A DNA stretch of 64,000 nucleotides from Octopus vulgaris (Eukaryota), in NCBI GenBank assembly GCA_951406725.2, contig OX597822.1, positions 124,001-188,000 of the forward strand, given 5' to 3'. Positions 52,021-64,000 of the stretch are shown here, piece by piece. Each line of letters opens with the position of its first letter. Position 1 is the first letter of the stretch. The notes under the pieces were generated by a model, which worked only from the letters and a program-made list of their open reading frames with translations, made no database searches and was not told the origin of the DNA. The position numbers were made by a program, and so were the translations under genes.

Positions 52021-52670
52021 TTCTCTGTGGCTGGTGACTTCAATGGGCATGTTGAACAATGGCATACATGGAGGCTATAGTTTTGGTTCCCGCAATGAGG
52101 AGGGAACCAGGATGCTGGAGTTCTGTGATGCAAATGACCTCATGGTTTGTAACACTAACTTCAGGAAACCTGCCAGTCACCTACCGATCTGGTAGACACA
52201 CTAGTCAAATTGACTACATCTTCACTAGGAAACAGGAAAGATGGCTACTTATAAATGCCAAAATCTTCCCAGGTGAAGAATGCACTCCACAACATAGTTT
52301 AGTAGTTGGGGACTTCAGGATCAGGGCTAAATGGATGCCCAGAAAATGACCAGCATGGAAGAGAAGGGTGTGGAAGCTTAAGGATCCTGTGAATGGACAG
52401 AGATTCAGAGACATATTACTCAAAGCTTTTGACAAAATAGAGGGGGATATAGCATCACATGATGTGGAAGACAACTACAGATTTCTACGGGACAACCCGT
52501 TGAGGGCCACTGACCAGAGCTGTGGATGGTGCAAAGTCCCCAAGGTAACGTGGTTGTGGAACCTGTCTCCTAGCTTCCCTTCTGGCAGTCTGATACAATT
52601 CCCTGCTACCTCCGTTCTTCCAGTCCTTCCATGCCTGTTTCTTTTTCCTAGTGGCCCTGTCAACAACATC
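52021..52670 (+). mobile_element. RTE endonuclease fragment in the opposite orientation, with a terminal ~110-bp inversion
   Basis: VAGDFNGHV..GSRNEEGTRMLEFC..SQIDYIF on the plus strand to WLWN at 52560; 52561-52670 continues the protein on the minus strand. Confidence 0.85.
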
Positions 52671-52682
52671 GCCCCTATATCC

Positions 52683-53160
52683 AAGTAGCAGAAAGATCGC
52701 CCAAAAGTGTATATAGATATTTAAATGTATTTATATATTCATCTATACACAGATGTATGTATAATGTGTGTGTATATATTTCCATACACGTAACCATTCA
52801 CTCCGCACAAAGTTTTTTAGGACGAAAATAAGATCTAAAGTTATCTCTAAGTAGCACAGAGATCGCCCAAAAGTGTATATAGATATATAAATGTATTTAT
52901 ATATTCATCTATGCACACATGTATGTATAACGTGTGTGTATATATTTCCATAGAGGTAACCATTCACTCCATACAAAGTTTTTTAGCACGAAAATAAGAT
53001 CTAAAGTTATCTCTAAGAAACAGAAAGATTGCCCAAAAGTGTATATAGATATTTAAATGTATTTATATATTCATCTATACACACATGTATGTATAATGTG
53101 CGTGTATATATTTCCATAGAGGTAACCATTCAATCCATACAAAGTCTTTTAGGACGAAAA
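52683..53160. repeat. ~167-bp tandem repeat, ~2.9 copies
   Basis: GAT(C/T)GCCCAAAAGTGTATATAGATAT... recurs at ~52695, 52861 and 53027. Confidence 0.93.
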
Positions 53161-54007
53161 TATTTATATATAAAAGAAAGGTTGTGTGTCTGTCTACTCC
53201 GATTTAGATTCCTAACTACTCCCACATTTTGCGATGCAGTTTAACCAAAACCGGGTATCTTATAGTCGTGATTCATATCGAGCCCTTCTGGGTATTAGCG
53301 CGCGTCTACGATGAGTCTATGATTTTACAAATAATTTACCATCATTTTTTTCCATTTTAATGCATATTTTTTAAAATAAACGGAAGTAACTCTCAAACTT
53401 CACACCAATATGCGTGCTCATATGCGACGTAATATCACATCAGCAGCATTTCCTCACACCCTCCTTGCACTTGGCGAAGGCAAAATACCAGGGGATGAAA
53501 ATGGTAATATTGCCATCGATTCCATTTGTACCATTGTTAAGACGCCTTCTGATCTCAGAGATGCAGTGTTCCCAGATCTACAAGCTAATTATCAGAATAT
53601 GGATTGGATTGGCAAAAAGGCTATACTGGCCCCGAGGAATAAAACTGTTCACCATATTAATGATGAAATGCTAAAACTCATTCCTGGGGAAGTCTATGTA
53701 TATCAGTCTATCGATACAACTCCTGACCCAGAGGACGTCATCAACTATCCAATAGAGGTACTCAATTCCTTTGAGCACCCCGGACTACCACCACACTTTC
53801 TCAAACTTAAAGTTGGTGCCCCTATAATGCTCATCAGAAATTTGGTTCCCCCAAAACAATGCAATGGCACACGTTTGATCGTTAAGTCCTTATCTCCCAC
53901 CGTAAGCTTATATCAATATTTGCCTGAATAATCATCATAATTCAGTGCAATCATTAACAGTACTTTCAAGCAATTCAGCCCCGAGCAACGCCGGGCAATT
54001 CTGCTAG
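53161..54007 (+). mobile_element. Internally deleted Helitron with an open Pif1-helicase fragment (ORF 53410-53931)
   Basis: A|TATTTATATATAAAAG start; KAILAPRN and GLPPHFLKLKVGAPIMLIRNL..CNGTRL motifs; 3' hairpin CCCGAGCAACGCCGGG then CTAG|T. Confidence 0.92.
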
Positions 54008-54974
54008 TAAACCTATAAAAGTCAATAAAAATTACTATTAATATTAATAATAATTATAATAATAATAATAATAATAATAAATACAACCATGTCTGTACCA
54101 AGTACATCAATCGGACATCTACGTATCTATAAGTCTGATTATTCTGTCCGCTTGATATTGATTATTCTAGATTGATTCGATTGGCTTATAGTTTTAAATT
54201 TGAATCACAAAAGAAATTTTACGGTTAGTTAGTCAAGAAACGCACATACGCACATCCACAGATCAATCGCACATACATACATAATTATATGTATACACAC
54301 ACACATACACTCATACGCATACATATCCACAACACCATCAAACACATAAATAAAAGAGGTATAATCGTAACTATGCAGCCATCAAGCCTCCCCAAAACGA
54401 CAACAATGCCACTATATTAACTAAGAAGATCCACTCACATATTTCCATAAAATATTTGTTATAAAGATACATATATTTATATATCAAGACATAGAATGTA
54501 ATTTTTCGTAGGGTACACAAAGCATATGACACCGTTTTTTCTGTAGTCATAGTATTACATAACATAACGTTTACTGATTTCACCGTAATTTGCTATATTT
54601 TGTATAATGCCTTTGCTGTTATGTAATGGTGTAATAAAGTATTGATTGGGTATCATCTGATGGTTGATGTTTGATTGATTTAAGTATGTTTCTCCATTTT
54701 CTAATTTTGTAGTTATATATATATATGTATATATTTGACATATTTGAGTGAATAAGGGGCATGTGTAGATGTATGCAGTCTCTCCTCAATGACAGTCACC
54801 AATAATGGTTGCTTGTAGGACATGACTTATCATTGTAGTTACAGTCAATTTTAGTTATGACTACGTTGTTGTAGGTACATGTTCTTTGTCTATCTCCTTA
54901 ACTTCTTGGAGATTTTAGGTATAATTATACTAATATGTCCATCTGTTCTAATTTAATTAAATTCTATGTCTTTG

Positions 54975-55061
54975 TGCAGCTGAAGATTGCTCTACATTTT
55001 AAATTGATGTAATGATTGCATTGTTCAATTAAATGGAGTTGCATGAAATGATCGTGCTGCA
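54975..55061 (+). ncRNA. Type I hammerhead-ribozyme-like motif, probably inactivated
   Basis: Stem I TGCAG/CTGCA, CTGAAGA, long stem II, GAAA, near-palindromic TGATCG stem III, but G at the H17 cleavage position. Confidence 0.5.
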
Positions 55062-55170
55062 TTACCTCTGGATATCCTTGTTACTTATTTTGAAATTGTA
55101 TGGATAATACCATACTAAATTCTTGTGCCTCAACTAAAGTACCATATTCATCTGAATGTATATATATATA

Positions 55171-55500
55171 TCATCATCATCATCATCGTTTAACATCCGC
55201 TTTCCATGCTAGCATGGGTTGGATGGTTTGACTGGGGTCTGGGAAGCCAGGAGGCTGCACCAGGCCCAGTCTAATCTGGCAGTGTTTCTACAGCTGGATG
55301 CCCTTCCTAACGCCAACCACTCTGTAAGTGTAGTGGGTGCTTTTTACGTGCCACCAGCATGGTGCCAGGTGAGGCTGGCAACAGCCACGATCAGTTGGTG
55401 CATTTTACGTGCCACCGGCATGGAGGCCACTCGGGGCGGCACTGGCAACAGCTACGTACGGATGGTTCTTTTATGTGCCACTGGCACTGGAATCACATCT
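55171..55500 (-). mobile_element. RTE-tailed element with (GAT)n tail; representative of more than 10 copies in the window
   Basis: CATCATCGTTTAACATCCGCTTTCCATGCTAGCATGGG...CAGCTGGATGCCCTTCCTAACGCCAACC; similar copies near 18650, 23410, 27140, 33945, 36455, 36615, 37330, 38490 and 45050. Confidence 0.8.
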
Positions 55501-55557
55501 ACAATTTCAATTGACTTTTGAGCGATTTTGATTCCGATATATATATATATATATATA

Positions 55558-58500
55558 CTAGCGATGCATGTCAGCATTGCTCAGGTGTTATGCCCTACAG
55601 CCACATTGTATTATTTGTTTCTTTCTTATGGGCAGAATCGGCACACTAGGAGTGTGAAGCAAACAACTCTTTTTTATAAACATGTTTTTCGGTCATTTTG
55701 TGATGAACAATGCTAAAATTGTTGACACCAAAAACATGCAGAATGACAGCTTAGATTTGAAGGAAATCCTAATATTGCCACCAGAATTATCTAGACTTAC
55801 GGATTTAAAGAATTGGATGACGTATGAGGATGTACAGGTATCTGTACTGCAGAAAGTAAGGTACATGGAAAGAAAGCTGCTTCACTGTGAAAAGCATCAT
55901 CTCTAATGTTTGGGCAGACTGCACACTTCAACATATGTTAAGTGAAACCGACAATGTTTCTGGGTAAAGTATGTTTTGCACAAGCCTAGTATTGATAGAA
56001 TAAATATACAAGTCATCTGCACTGCCAACTCGAGAGCATGCGATATATAGTTGTCCATGAGAAAAGCATGGTATTTGTAAATTGAGACCCACAATTTTTA
56101 AAATTTGACCCTGGGCTTTGTTGATTGTCATAGTGAAGCCTAATTACACTGGGAACTGGAGGCGCTTGAATTGAAAAGACACATTTGAGGGAACAAGGGG
56201 CATGCGTGGAATGTATGTGATCTCTCCTCGATGACAGCTGGCAATAATGGTTGCTTTTAGGACACGACTTATTGTAGTTACAGTCAATCATGTACCATTG
56301 CATTGTCGTGGTTGGTCAAAATTCCTCGGTGCACCTTTCTTTAGGAAAAAATAATGCGGTGCTAGTCCTGTGGGTTGTAGAGAGTCAAGAAATTCAACTG
56401 GATAGTCAACAGTGGCATGTTCGTCGATGGTAGTATCAATGGAGACAAACATTGAAGCATCTCCAGGTAGAATGTGGTGGAGTTCATGGATTACTTTATG
56501 AACGCTTTCATTCTGAGGTGTTAAAATTGCTCTCTCTGCAAACCATGCCATGTTTTTGAAGTTATCTTGCAATGTGGGAAATACCTTTTCTTTAAGCTCG
56601 GCCAGTGTAGACACCATGTGCCCACACTGCAGTACATGCTGTTGCAGGGTGTTATTCAATGGTAAAACACCATTTCCAATTAGTAGAAGTTGATGAAAGA
56701 ATTCCTCAGCTAAGGGGTAATTTTAGAGATAAGTTTGCATATTAATGCTTAATGAAAGCTGATGAACAAACCTCTACAGAGGTGAAAACTTCAGACACAC
56801 ATAGATATCATCAGCTTGCATACCCCGTGGTATGACTGGTAATATTTGACAGAAATCCCCTGCAAGGGCAACAGTTAAGCACCCCCCACCATAACGGCAG
56901 TACTGTTTCTGATATCCCTTAGTGACCTATCTTGGGCTTCTAGTGCACCACAGTGTGCCATCATGCATTCATCCCAGGCAAAAAGTGTAGTTTAGAGCAG
57001 AACTTCCACCGTCAGTGATTGTTTTCAAATATTACATATTTGGGCATCGCTGAAGTGAGTTTTCTTGAGCACAAATAGAGGCAGTTTTCTTTTAGGTCCT
57101 TGTTTGCAGAGATAAATGAGAACATCTTCGTTTTGGTGGCATGGCTGAAAAGAGTGAATGATTAAGGAACATATAAAATTGAAGACATAGTAATTTGAAG
57201 TTGTGCATTGTATAATTTGATTTTCTAGTAACGAATGAAAAGATGTGGGAAAATGCATATGTCAATTTGTATACCGTCATTTTGAAAATAAGCGGTAAAC
57301 TGTGAATGATTTGGCTATGCTCTGTCTTGATAAGCGTAATGCATTCTGTTAGATGATGTATAGTGGAGTGGATTACTGGCGTAATGGAAGTTATTGTTTG
57401 TCCAGAAGTGAAGTGAGGGTACAATTTGCATGAAAGTGATTTATATTCTTAAGAAGGATCACAAACTATGTACTGTTCCATGGAATAAAAAGGGGTTAAT
57501 CTGATTTTGGTCAGAAATCTTGTTTTCAAAATTATAATTTCCCCAATCCCTGCTGAAATTTTCTAATTTTCAACTGTTTTTTATGCACATGGAAAAATAC
57601 AGAGATTATGAATGTGGGAAATATAATTTGTTTTTGAAAATTTAATTTTTCTGAAAGATATACTGAAAGCCCTTTCCCCCACTTTGGCCACCCATCGGTA
57701 ACCTGCTTTCAGGCGAAATGCAAATCTCCTTTATGTAAAACATAGGAATGTGAGTAAATTGAGGAAAGAAATAAGGGGGTGGGGTATGCAAATGTCATCT
57801 CAGACATGCTAGAAACAACGGGTAGAGGACAGGGTATCTGAGATAACTTCTTTGTAAGTTTAAATGGAAGATCAGGTTTTGAAATACGCTCATCACAAAC
57901 AGGAACAACAGAATAAGAAAAGGTAATTTCCATAGGATTTGAGCTGTAATTTAGCACACAGCAAAAACATTAACATAATTCATACAGAATGTTAACTCTG
58001 TGTGTGTGCATGTGTGAGTGTGTGTGTATGCGTATGTGTGTGCTAAAGGAAGTTCTTTTTGCATACCTTTCTTAATTCCAAAAGAAGGAAATATAGTGAA
58101 GTTGCAATATGTTAACAGTAGAAGGTCTCCGTATATTATAACGAGAAATTGAAAGAGAAAGATAATGCTTAATTCCACGCACGCGTGAAAATGACCTTAA
58201 AATTGTATGACATGACCTCATTTCTGGGGTTCTTGGCGTCCCCTTCTTTTCCGCTTTCCCCCTCTCTTTGACCTTCATCTATAGAACATACAGTATCAAT
58301 TTTGTGCTGGCTTTCTTGAAACATCACCGTCTCTCTCTCTCACCCGTCTTTCAACTTCTATAGAATCTTATTTTTCTGTCTCTCTTTCTTTCTCTTGTCT
58401 CTCCGTCTTCTTCTCATTCTGCGTTTCACTTGGTCATTCCGTAAACATAAGATGTATGTATACGTGTATATGAAATGGATGTGTGTGTGTGTGTGAGACA

Positions 58501-58835
58501 GAGAGAGTGAATGAGTGAAGCTGTGTGTTGTAATGATGGATGTCTTTTAAGGTACACACCATGCTAGCATGGAGAACGGACGTTAAACGACGATGATGAT
58601 GATGATGACTCATACAGAAAATGTGACGTCCTCGTCGTTGTATAAAATGCTTACGATAGTTGAGTTATGGAAAAGATTATGATTTTAAATTTTTGTAATG
58701 GAAATATGTCAATGAAAATAAGGTTTAGTTGGTAGCCGAAATAGGACTGATCTTTTGATACCCCATACGTCAAAATTGGCAACTCAGTTTTGGAATGCAT
58801 AAGGAACACACTCACAAGCACGCACATATGAACTT

Positions 58836-58860
<25 letters not shown>
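55558..58860 (-). mobile_element. Degenerate Helitron with Pif1-helicase pseudogene (~55930-57000)
   Basis: CTAG|T 3' end at 55558; MTINKAQGQ, CFSHGQLYIACSRV, ERAILTPQN and AGDFCQILPVIPRG motifs; probable 5' end TATATATAAAAGAAAG near 58850 (less certain). Confidence 0.8.
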
Positions 58861-58872
<12 letters not shown>

Positions 58873-59019
58873 GTGAAATTATTAAAAGTGACAGAATAAA
58901 AGTGAAACAACATAAAAGTGTGTGGTGTTATGAAGTGAGGTGTTATGGAAGTGAGAGAGAGGGCATGTCCTGTCGGAAGTGGGGTTGTGGATCCCACTGG
59001 AAGTTCTGTGGTGGACATG

Positions 59020-59230
59020 CAGCATCAGCAAAGTATGAGGGGTGAGGAGATGCTGATAAAACGCTGTCTGGGAATTCTGGGCAAGCTAGCTGCCAAATTT
59101 GACCTGAGGCTGAGTGTGGTTTTTGTGTCCTCAGAGAGGAACAGAGCAGACATCCTAACCAGAGTAAAGAAAACGTGGTTGCAGGTGCCAGAGTATCTGG
59201 AGCAAGGAGTGAGAACTATGTTAAGGGAAT
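59020..59230 (+). mobile_element. LTR-retrotransposon (Ty3/gypsy-like) RNase H fragment
   Basis: EMLIKRCLGILGKLAAKFDLRLSVVFVSSERNRADILTR fits the ...N.AD.L[ST]R end of retroelement RNase H. Confidence 0.55.
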
Positions 59231-60117
59231 GCAGTCTGTGGAGTGGCCGGCCACCTGCATGTTAATTTCACAAGCAGACTGTTCTGTTGATTGGATCAAC
59301 TGGAACCCTTGTTGCAGTAACTAATGGAGTGCCAGTGTGTGTGTGTGTGTATCCTGTCTTGATATCAAGTGATGATTGTAAATAAACATCACCACTATAC
59401 AAGCAATGTTGTTTGTTTCCTGTCTTCTGTGGTGAAATATTACCTTGTTTGGAAACAAATGAGGGTTGGTGACTGACAGGAAGGATGTCCGACTGGAGAA
59501 AACCTGCCTCAATGAATTCTGTCCAACCAATGCAAGGAAGGAAAAGTTGACATTAAAATGATAATGACGTTGATGATGTGAAGGTGGAGGAGGAGGAGGA
59601 GGGCACATGTTACCAAGTTATACTTACTCACAAGTGACAGCTGCTTGTACTACTTATAATGTAATTTGGTTGTACTTTGTTTTCATCTCCAAATTATACA
59701 CACATTCAGAAACAACTATCAAAACATGGCTACCTGGGGTTGTTGGCATAACAATATCAGTTGTTGCTTACTTAAATCACTTTTAACAATTTATAAGATA
59801 GGTTATATATCACTTTTACCTTTCATCCTTTCAGTACCAGTTGAGCACTGGGATCGATGTACTTGACTTATCCTCTTCCTCAAAATTGCTGGCCTTGTGC
59901 CAAAATTTGAAATCAATATTAGTCTCTTCTTGTGAAATAGCTAAGTTATGGGGATGTTAATAAACTAACACCATCAAAAGCCAAGAGTCAAACTCTAACA
60001 TACACACACATACATACATGAAAAGCAAAGTTGACCTCAATTGGATTTGAAATCAGAATATAAAAGGCAGTAAATAACCACTGCAGACACTTGATACTCG
60101 AATGATTCGACTAGTCT

Positions 60118-62792
60118 TATTTCTTTATTCACCATACGGTTATACATATAAAGACAGAACATCACGAATGATTTTACGTGAATATGCGTTGGGGTCTATT
60201 AAAAATTTACAAATGATTATATAATTCGGATGATAGGACATTTTTTACACAAACAATTTCACAGATGGAGTGGGGCGGGCTTACGGACCCCACGAACCCC
60301 GCCACGACACTGACCTTAGGTTTTTTTTTTCCTTCTTTTTTTTCCGGCTTACCTCGCATTCATGAGGGTCCTTTTACTCACAACATTCTTCCATCTTTCA
60401 TCGAACACTTTCTTACTCAGGCCCCTCCTCTCTAGTTCTATTTGTCTTTTTAGGTGGAATTTAAAATATTCCACCAGACCAGAACCAGAGATGAAGTTGC
60501 CTGCTATCACCCCTTTCATCCTTGTCTTCCATACTGCCTGTTTCGCAATTGAAACCACAGAGAGAAAACAATTCTTACCTTCTTTCGTTAAGAAATCCGG
60601 TGGGTCAATTTTTACAATGGATTCAGTCGATAGCTGTACTCCTCCTCCACTTGACAACAGTTGTTCGGCAAAAACCCACATGTCTGCCACCTCCGAGCAC
60701 TGCACGACCGCGTACGAGACGGTTTCCCTGTCTCGCCCACACCTCGGACAGGTCGGGCTGACTTGGCCACCGTGCCTTGCGAGTTTATCCCGAACAGGTA
60801 AGGCTCCTCGGTAACACTGCCAAGCTAAAGACTTCTGAAAATTATCCAGGGTCCTCGGCCCAAATGTACGTTGGAACAGACTGGCCAGCTGATTATCGTC
60901 GAAACCTAGGGTTTCCCCTAATGTATCATCGCAACCGGCCTCTACAAACCCTCTATAGAAAACAGCGGTAGAACCACTGCCGCGGGCATTGCCCGAGTGA
61001 CAGAATAGTCGGAGTGCCTTGCGACACTCCGTATACCATGTATCCAACTTCGATCTGCGATTATACCAGGCTTCCCGTCCACCAAAACTGGTGAAATTGG
61101 GAAACATCTGTTTCGCCAACGGAGACCACACCCGTTCACCATCCAGATGGAGCCACAGATGCCTTAACCTCAGCGCATTTCTGCGCATCATTAGCCACGG
61201 CATCCCTAGTCCACCCTTTAACGGCTTTTGACAACAAACAGAGCGTCTCACAAGTGGTTTCGAGCTCTTCCACAAAAAGTGAAAGAGCTGTCTTTCCAAC
61301 TTGGTCAACCACGAATCTGGGCAAGGCACGACGGTAAGGCGGTAGGTGATCACCGATGCGATGAACACATTGGCTACCTCCGCCCTACCTTTCAGGGATA
61401 ACCACCGCCAAGACCAGGTCTTGGCTACTGCAGCCACCCTGCTCGATACCTCGCTCCAGTTCTTCTCTATTTGGAGGTCTGGTCCGAACCAAACCCCGAG
61501 CAACTTAATCGGACCCTCCGTCCAACGTCCCACAACGCTGTCTGAAGGCATCGACTTGCCTCTCCAGGTGCCGAGCTGCAATTGACTGACTTTTCGCGAT
61601 TAACTTTTGCTCCTGTCACTGTCTCGTAAACCTCTATGGCCTTGCCTACTTTACGTAGGAGGTCCACTTCAGTCACGATGATAGTGATGTCATCTGCGTA
61701 CGCCGAAACCGACATTCCACGACCTGGCTGCCTCGGGATGCCACTCAGTTTTCGCAGCAGCGGCTCGAGAGCCACTACATACAAAAGCGGGGAGAGTGGG
61801 CATCCTTGACGAACCGAGCATTTGACTCTGAACGGCTTAGAAATAAAGCCGTTCACCCGAACTACCGAGTCGACGTTATCGTACATTTCGATGATCCACC
61901 TGAGGAAGCCAAGACCCAGGCCGAACTGAGCCAGAACAGACACCAGGTAATGATGGTCGACCCTATCGAAAGCTTTTGATTGGTCTAAATGGACCACTGC
62001 CCCTCCCTTGCCGGGATCGCTATTAATTCCCTCAATAGTGTATCTAATTAGATGGAGATTATCCTGAATGGACCTGCCAGGTACGGCACACGTTTGTGCC
62101 TTCCCTATTAGTCCATCCGCGACACGTGCCAATCTGTTTGATAACACTTTGGCCAAAATCTTCAGCTCTGCGTTAAGCAGAGTGATGGGCCTAAAATTAT
62201 CAATGACATCCCCCTTGTCCAAGTCCTTCCTGATTAGTGTCACCACTCCCCGGCGCACAGATCTGGGAATAAACCCATTCTGCTGCCAGTTCGCGTAGAC
62301 GTTCGCCAGTAAGTCCCCGAACAAGTCCGGCATACTTTTATAAAGCTCGTAAGGTAGACCATCCAGTCCTGGCGCCTTACCCGCGCCGCAGTTAGCCATG
62401 GCCTCTATTACTTCCCCAGGCGTGATCGGCTCCTCACTACACTTCGCGTCCTGCTCCGAGAGGCGCGGCAGCCCGTCGAGGAGGTCCGTTAGGCCCCTCC
62501 TCCTATCCGGTCCGCCGCTTCCCCCAAAGAGCTGGGCGAAGTGGTCCTGAAAAGCCTCACACATCTCCTTGGGCTCGTTTATCAACTTACCTTGTTGGTT
62601 CGTCAAAGATCGAATTGTGGCATCGTTGCCACGTTGGGCTTCCACCACTCGGGCCCATCTCGCGGCATTAATTCCTTCGCTCCCCATTGCACATTGTCTA
62701 GCCCTGACAATGCAACCCATGTGTTTGGCTTCGAGGTGCTGGTTCAAAACCAGTCTCTTGACCTTCACCTGGGCTGCCGTGCCAGTTCGCAT
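60118..62792 (-). mobile_element. Young 5'-truncated Tx1/L1-clade LINE with 15-bp TSD; ORF2 split by one frameshift
   Basis: TSD TGATTCGACTAGTCT at 60103-60117 and 62793-62807; NFRPITLLN, LDQSKAFDRV, VRQGCPLSP, AYADD and C-terminal CPRC; ORFs 61467-62792 and 60349-61581. Confidence 0.95.
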
Positions 62793-63363
62793 TGATTCGA
62801 CTAGTCTATTTCCTGTGTTGTCTTACTGGACTTGCAGCTGTTCAAATTTTTAAATTATTTGTCTATTTCTAACTAACAATTTCAAATAAGGGATAATGGT
62901 CTATTCTCAGGGTCTTACTAAAATTATATCTCTTATGAAATAACCAGGGCTAATATGAACAACAAAAAAAAATTAATGAATAATATCCATCTTTTTTTTT
63001 AAAGAAAACATATTATATCAACATCTGTATAGAATGCTTATCGTCTGTCTCCTGCTAGATCATCTTACCAGAGCTTTAGCTTCATTCAATGCAGCAGCTG
63101 CTTGCTTGTAGAGGCCTTGTGTCAGGTTCTGCACCAGATGGCTGGACATGATTGGGGAATATCTCTAGAGGCTTGACATCACCTTGGAGGATACAGAGGG
63201 GCTGGTACAGGACTACTAGCGACAGAGAGCAATAGTGGACCTGGTTAGCTCTATGCATGATGATATCTCTAGGACCACTAACCTCAGATGATCCCACCCT
63301 CATCAAGTAAGAGCATAAGCGTGTAGCATACTAAATGCAAATACGTCATTGAAAGGCAATGTT

Positions 63364-63710
63364 ATGTTCGTCCAGAGATAATGTCACTTATGAACATGCT
63401 GTGTTTAAAAACACCATACATATCAAAAGGCAAAAGCAGTGGCTGGCAGGCTCACCTAATGCATTTCAGCCTAGTTGTGCCTTATCAATGTATTGTATTC
63501 ATAACAAGCAACATACCTAAGTGACATTTGTCACTTAGGTGACAATGGGAAGCATTGGATGAAACATTCAATGGCAGGCAAAAAGCTGCCTGTCATTGAT
63601 AAAGTCCAACTTGGTCAAAGTTAGCTGCTGCCATGATTTTCATTTTCCTCCAGTATATATTGTTTTCAAACACAGCACATTCATAAGAGATGTTATCTTT
63701 GGATGAATAC
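63364..63710. repeat. Old fold-back element with a perfect central hairpin
   Basis: Outer arms TCCAGAGATAATGTCACTTATGAACATGCTGTGTTT / AAACACAGCACATTCATAAGAGATGTTATCTTTGGA; inner ACCTAAGTGACA-TT-TGTCACTTAGGT at ~63515-63540. Confidence 0.75.
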
Positions 63711-63943
63711 TGCAGTAATTTGCCTGTCAACCATGTATATTTATTAAGTATGATACATAGTTGCTCGTAACAGTAATGGCTTTAGGTGCAGGCATAGTTG
63801 TATAGTTAAGGTCATTTTGCAGCCATGTAAGTTTAGGTTCAGTTCCACTGTGTGACACCTTTGGCTAGTATCTTCTATTATACCCCTGAGCTGACAAATG
63901 TCTTGTTAGTGAATTCAATTGATAGAGACAGTGTGGGAACCTG

Positions 63944-63975
<32 letters not shown>

Positions 63976-64000
63976 TCGTCCTTCTGACTGTTTTGGAGTA

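Noticed and set aside
63064-63306. Minus-strand coding exon ending at a GTAAG donor
   Set aside because: Frames contain stops, there is no recognisable homology and no clear acceptor.

Overview
AT-rich, repeat-dense animal genomic DNA. The tRNA-derived SINE repertoire points to a coleoid cephalopod, probably Octopus (inference). Only one host gene is supportable: a minus-strand CDK2AP1/DOC-1 homologue with a single coding exon at 16077-16418. It has two putative 5' exons (39213-39255 and ~49632-49700), an ETS/E-box promoter at ~49.7-49.9 kb and a possible ~6 kb 3' UTR. The rest is a 5-kb CATTTAACGT/CATGT satellite and nested mobile DNA: CR1-, RTE-, Tx1/L1- and R4/Dong-like LINEs, Penelope-like relics, an IR/DR Tc1 element, mariner relics, piggyBac- and Merlin-like MITEs, three Helitrons, many SINEs and several long palindromes. 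Best leads: (1) a predicted exon-skipping switch between a uORF and a signal-peptide-like N-terminal extension of CDK2AP1; (2) the satellite monomer matches the 3' terminus of the local RTE-type retroelement; (3) three hammerhead-ribozyme-like cores, one in an R4/Dong-like 3' end; (4) a SINE whose tail resembles the 3' end of a young Tx1/L1 LINE; (5) a piggyBac-type MITE containing 377 bp copied from 2.8 kb away. All calls were made by eye with no database searches, and boundaries of degenerate repeats are approximate.
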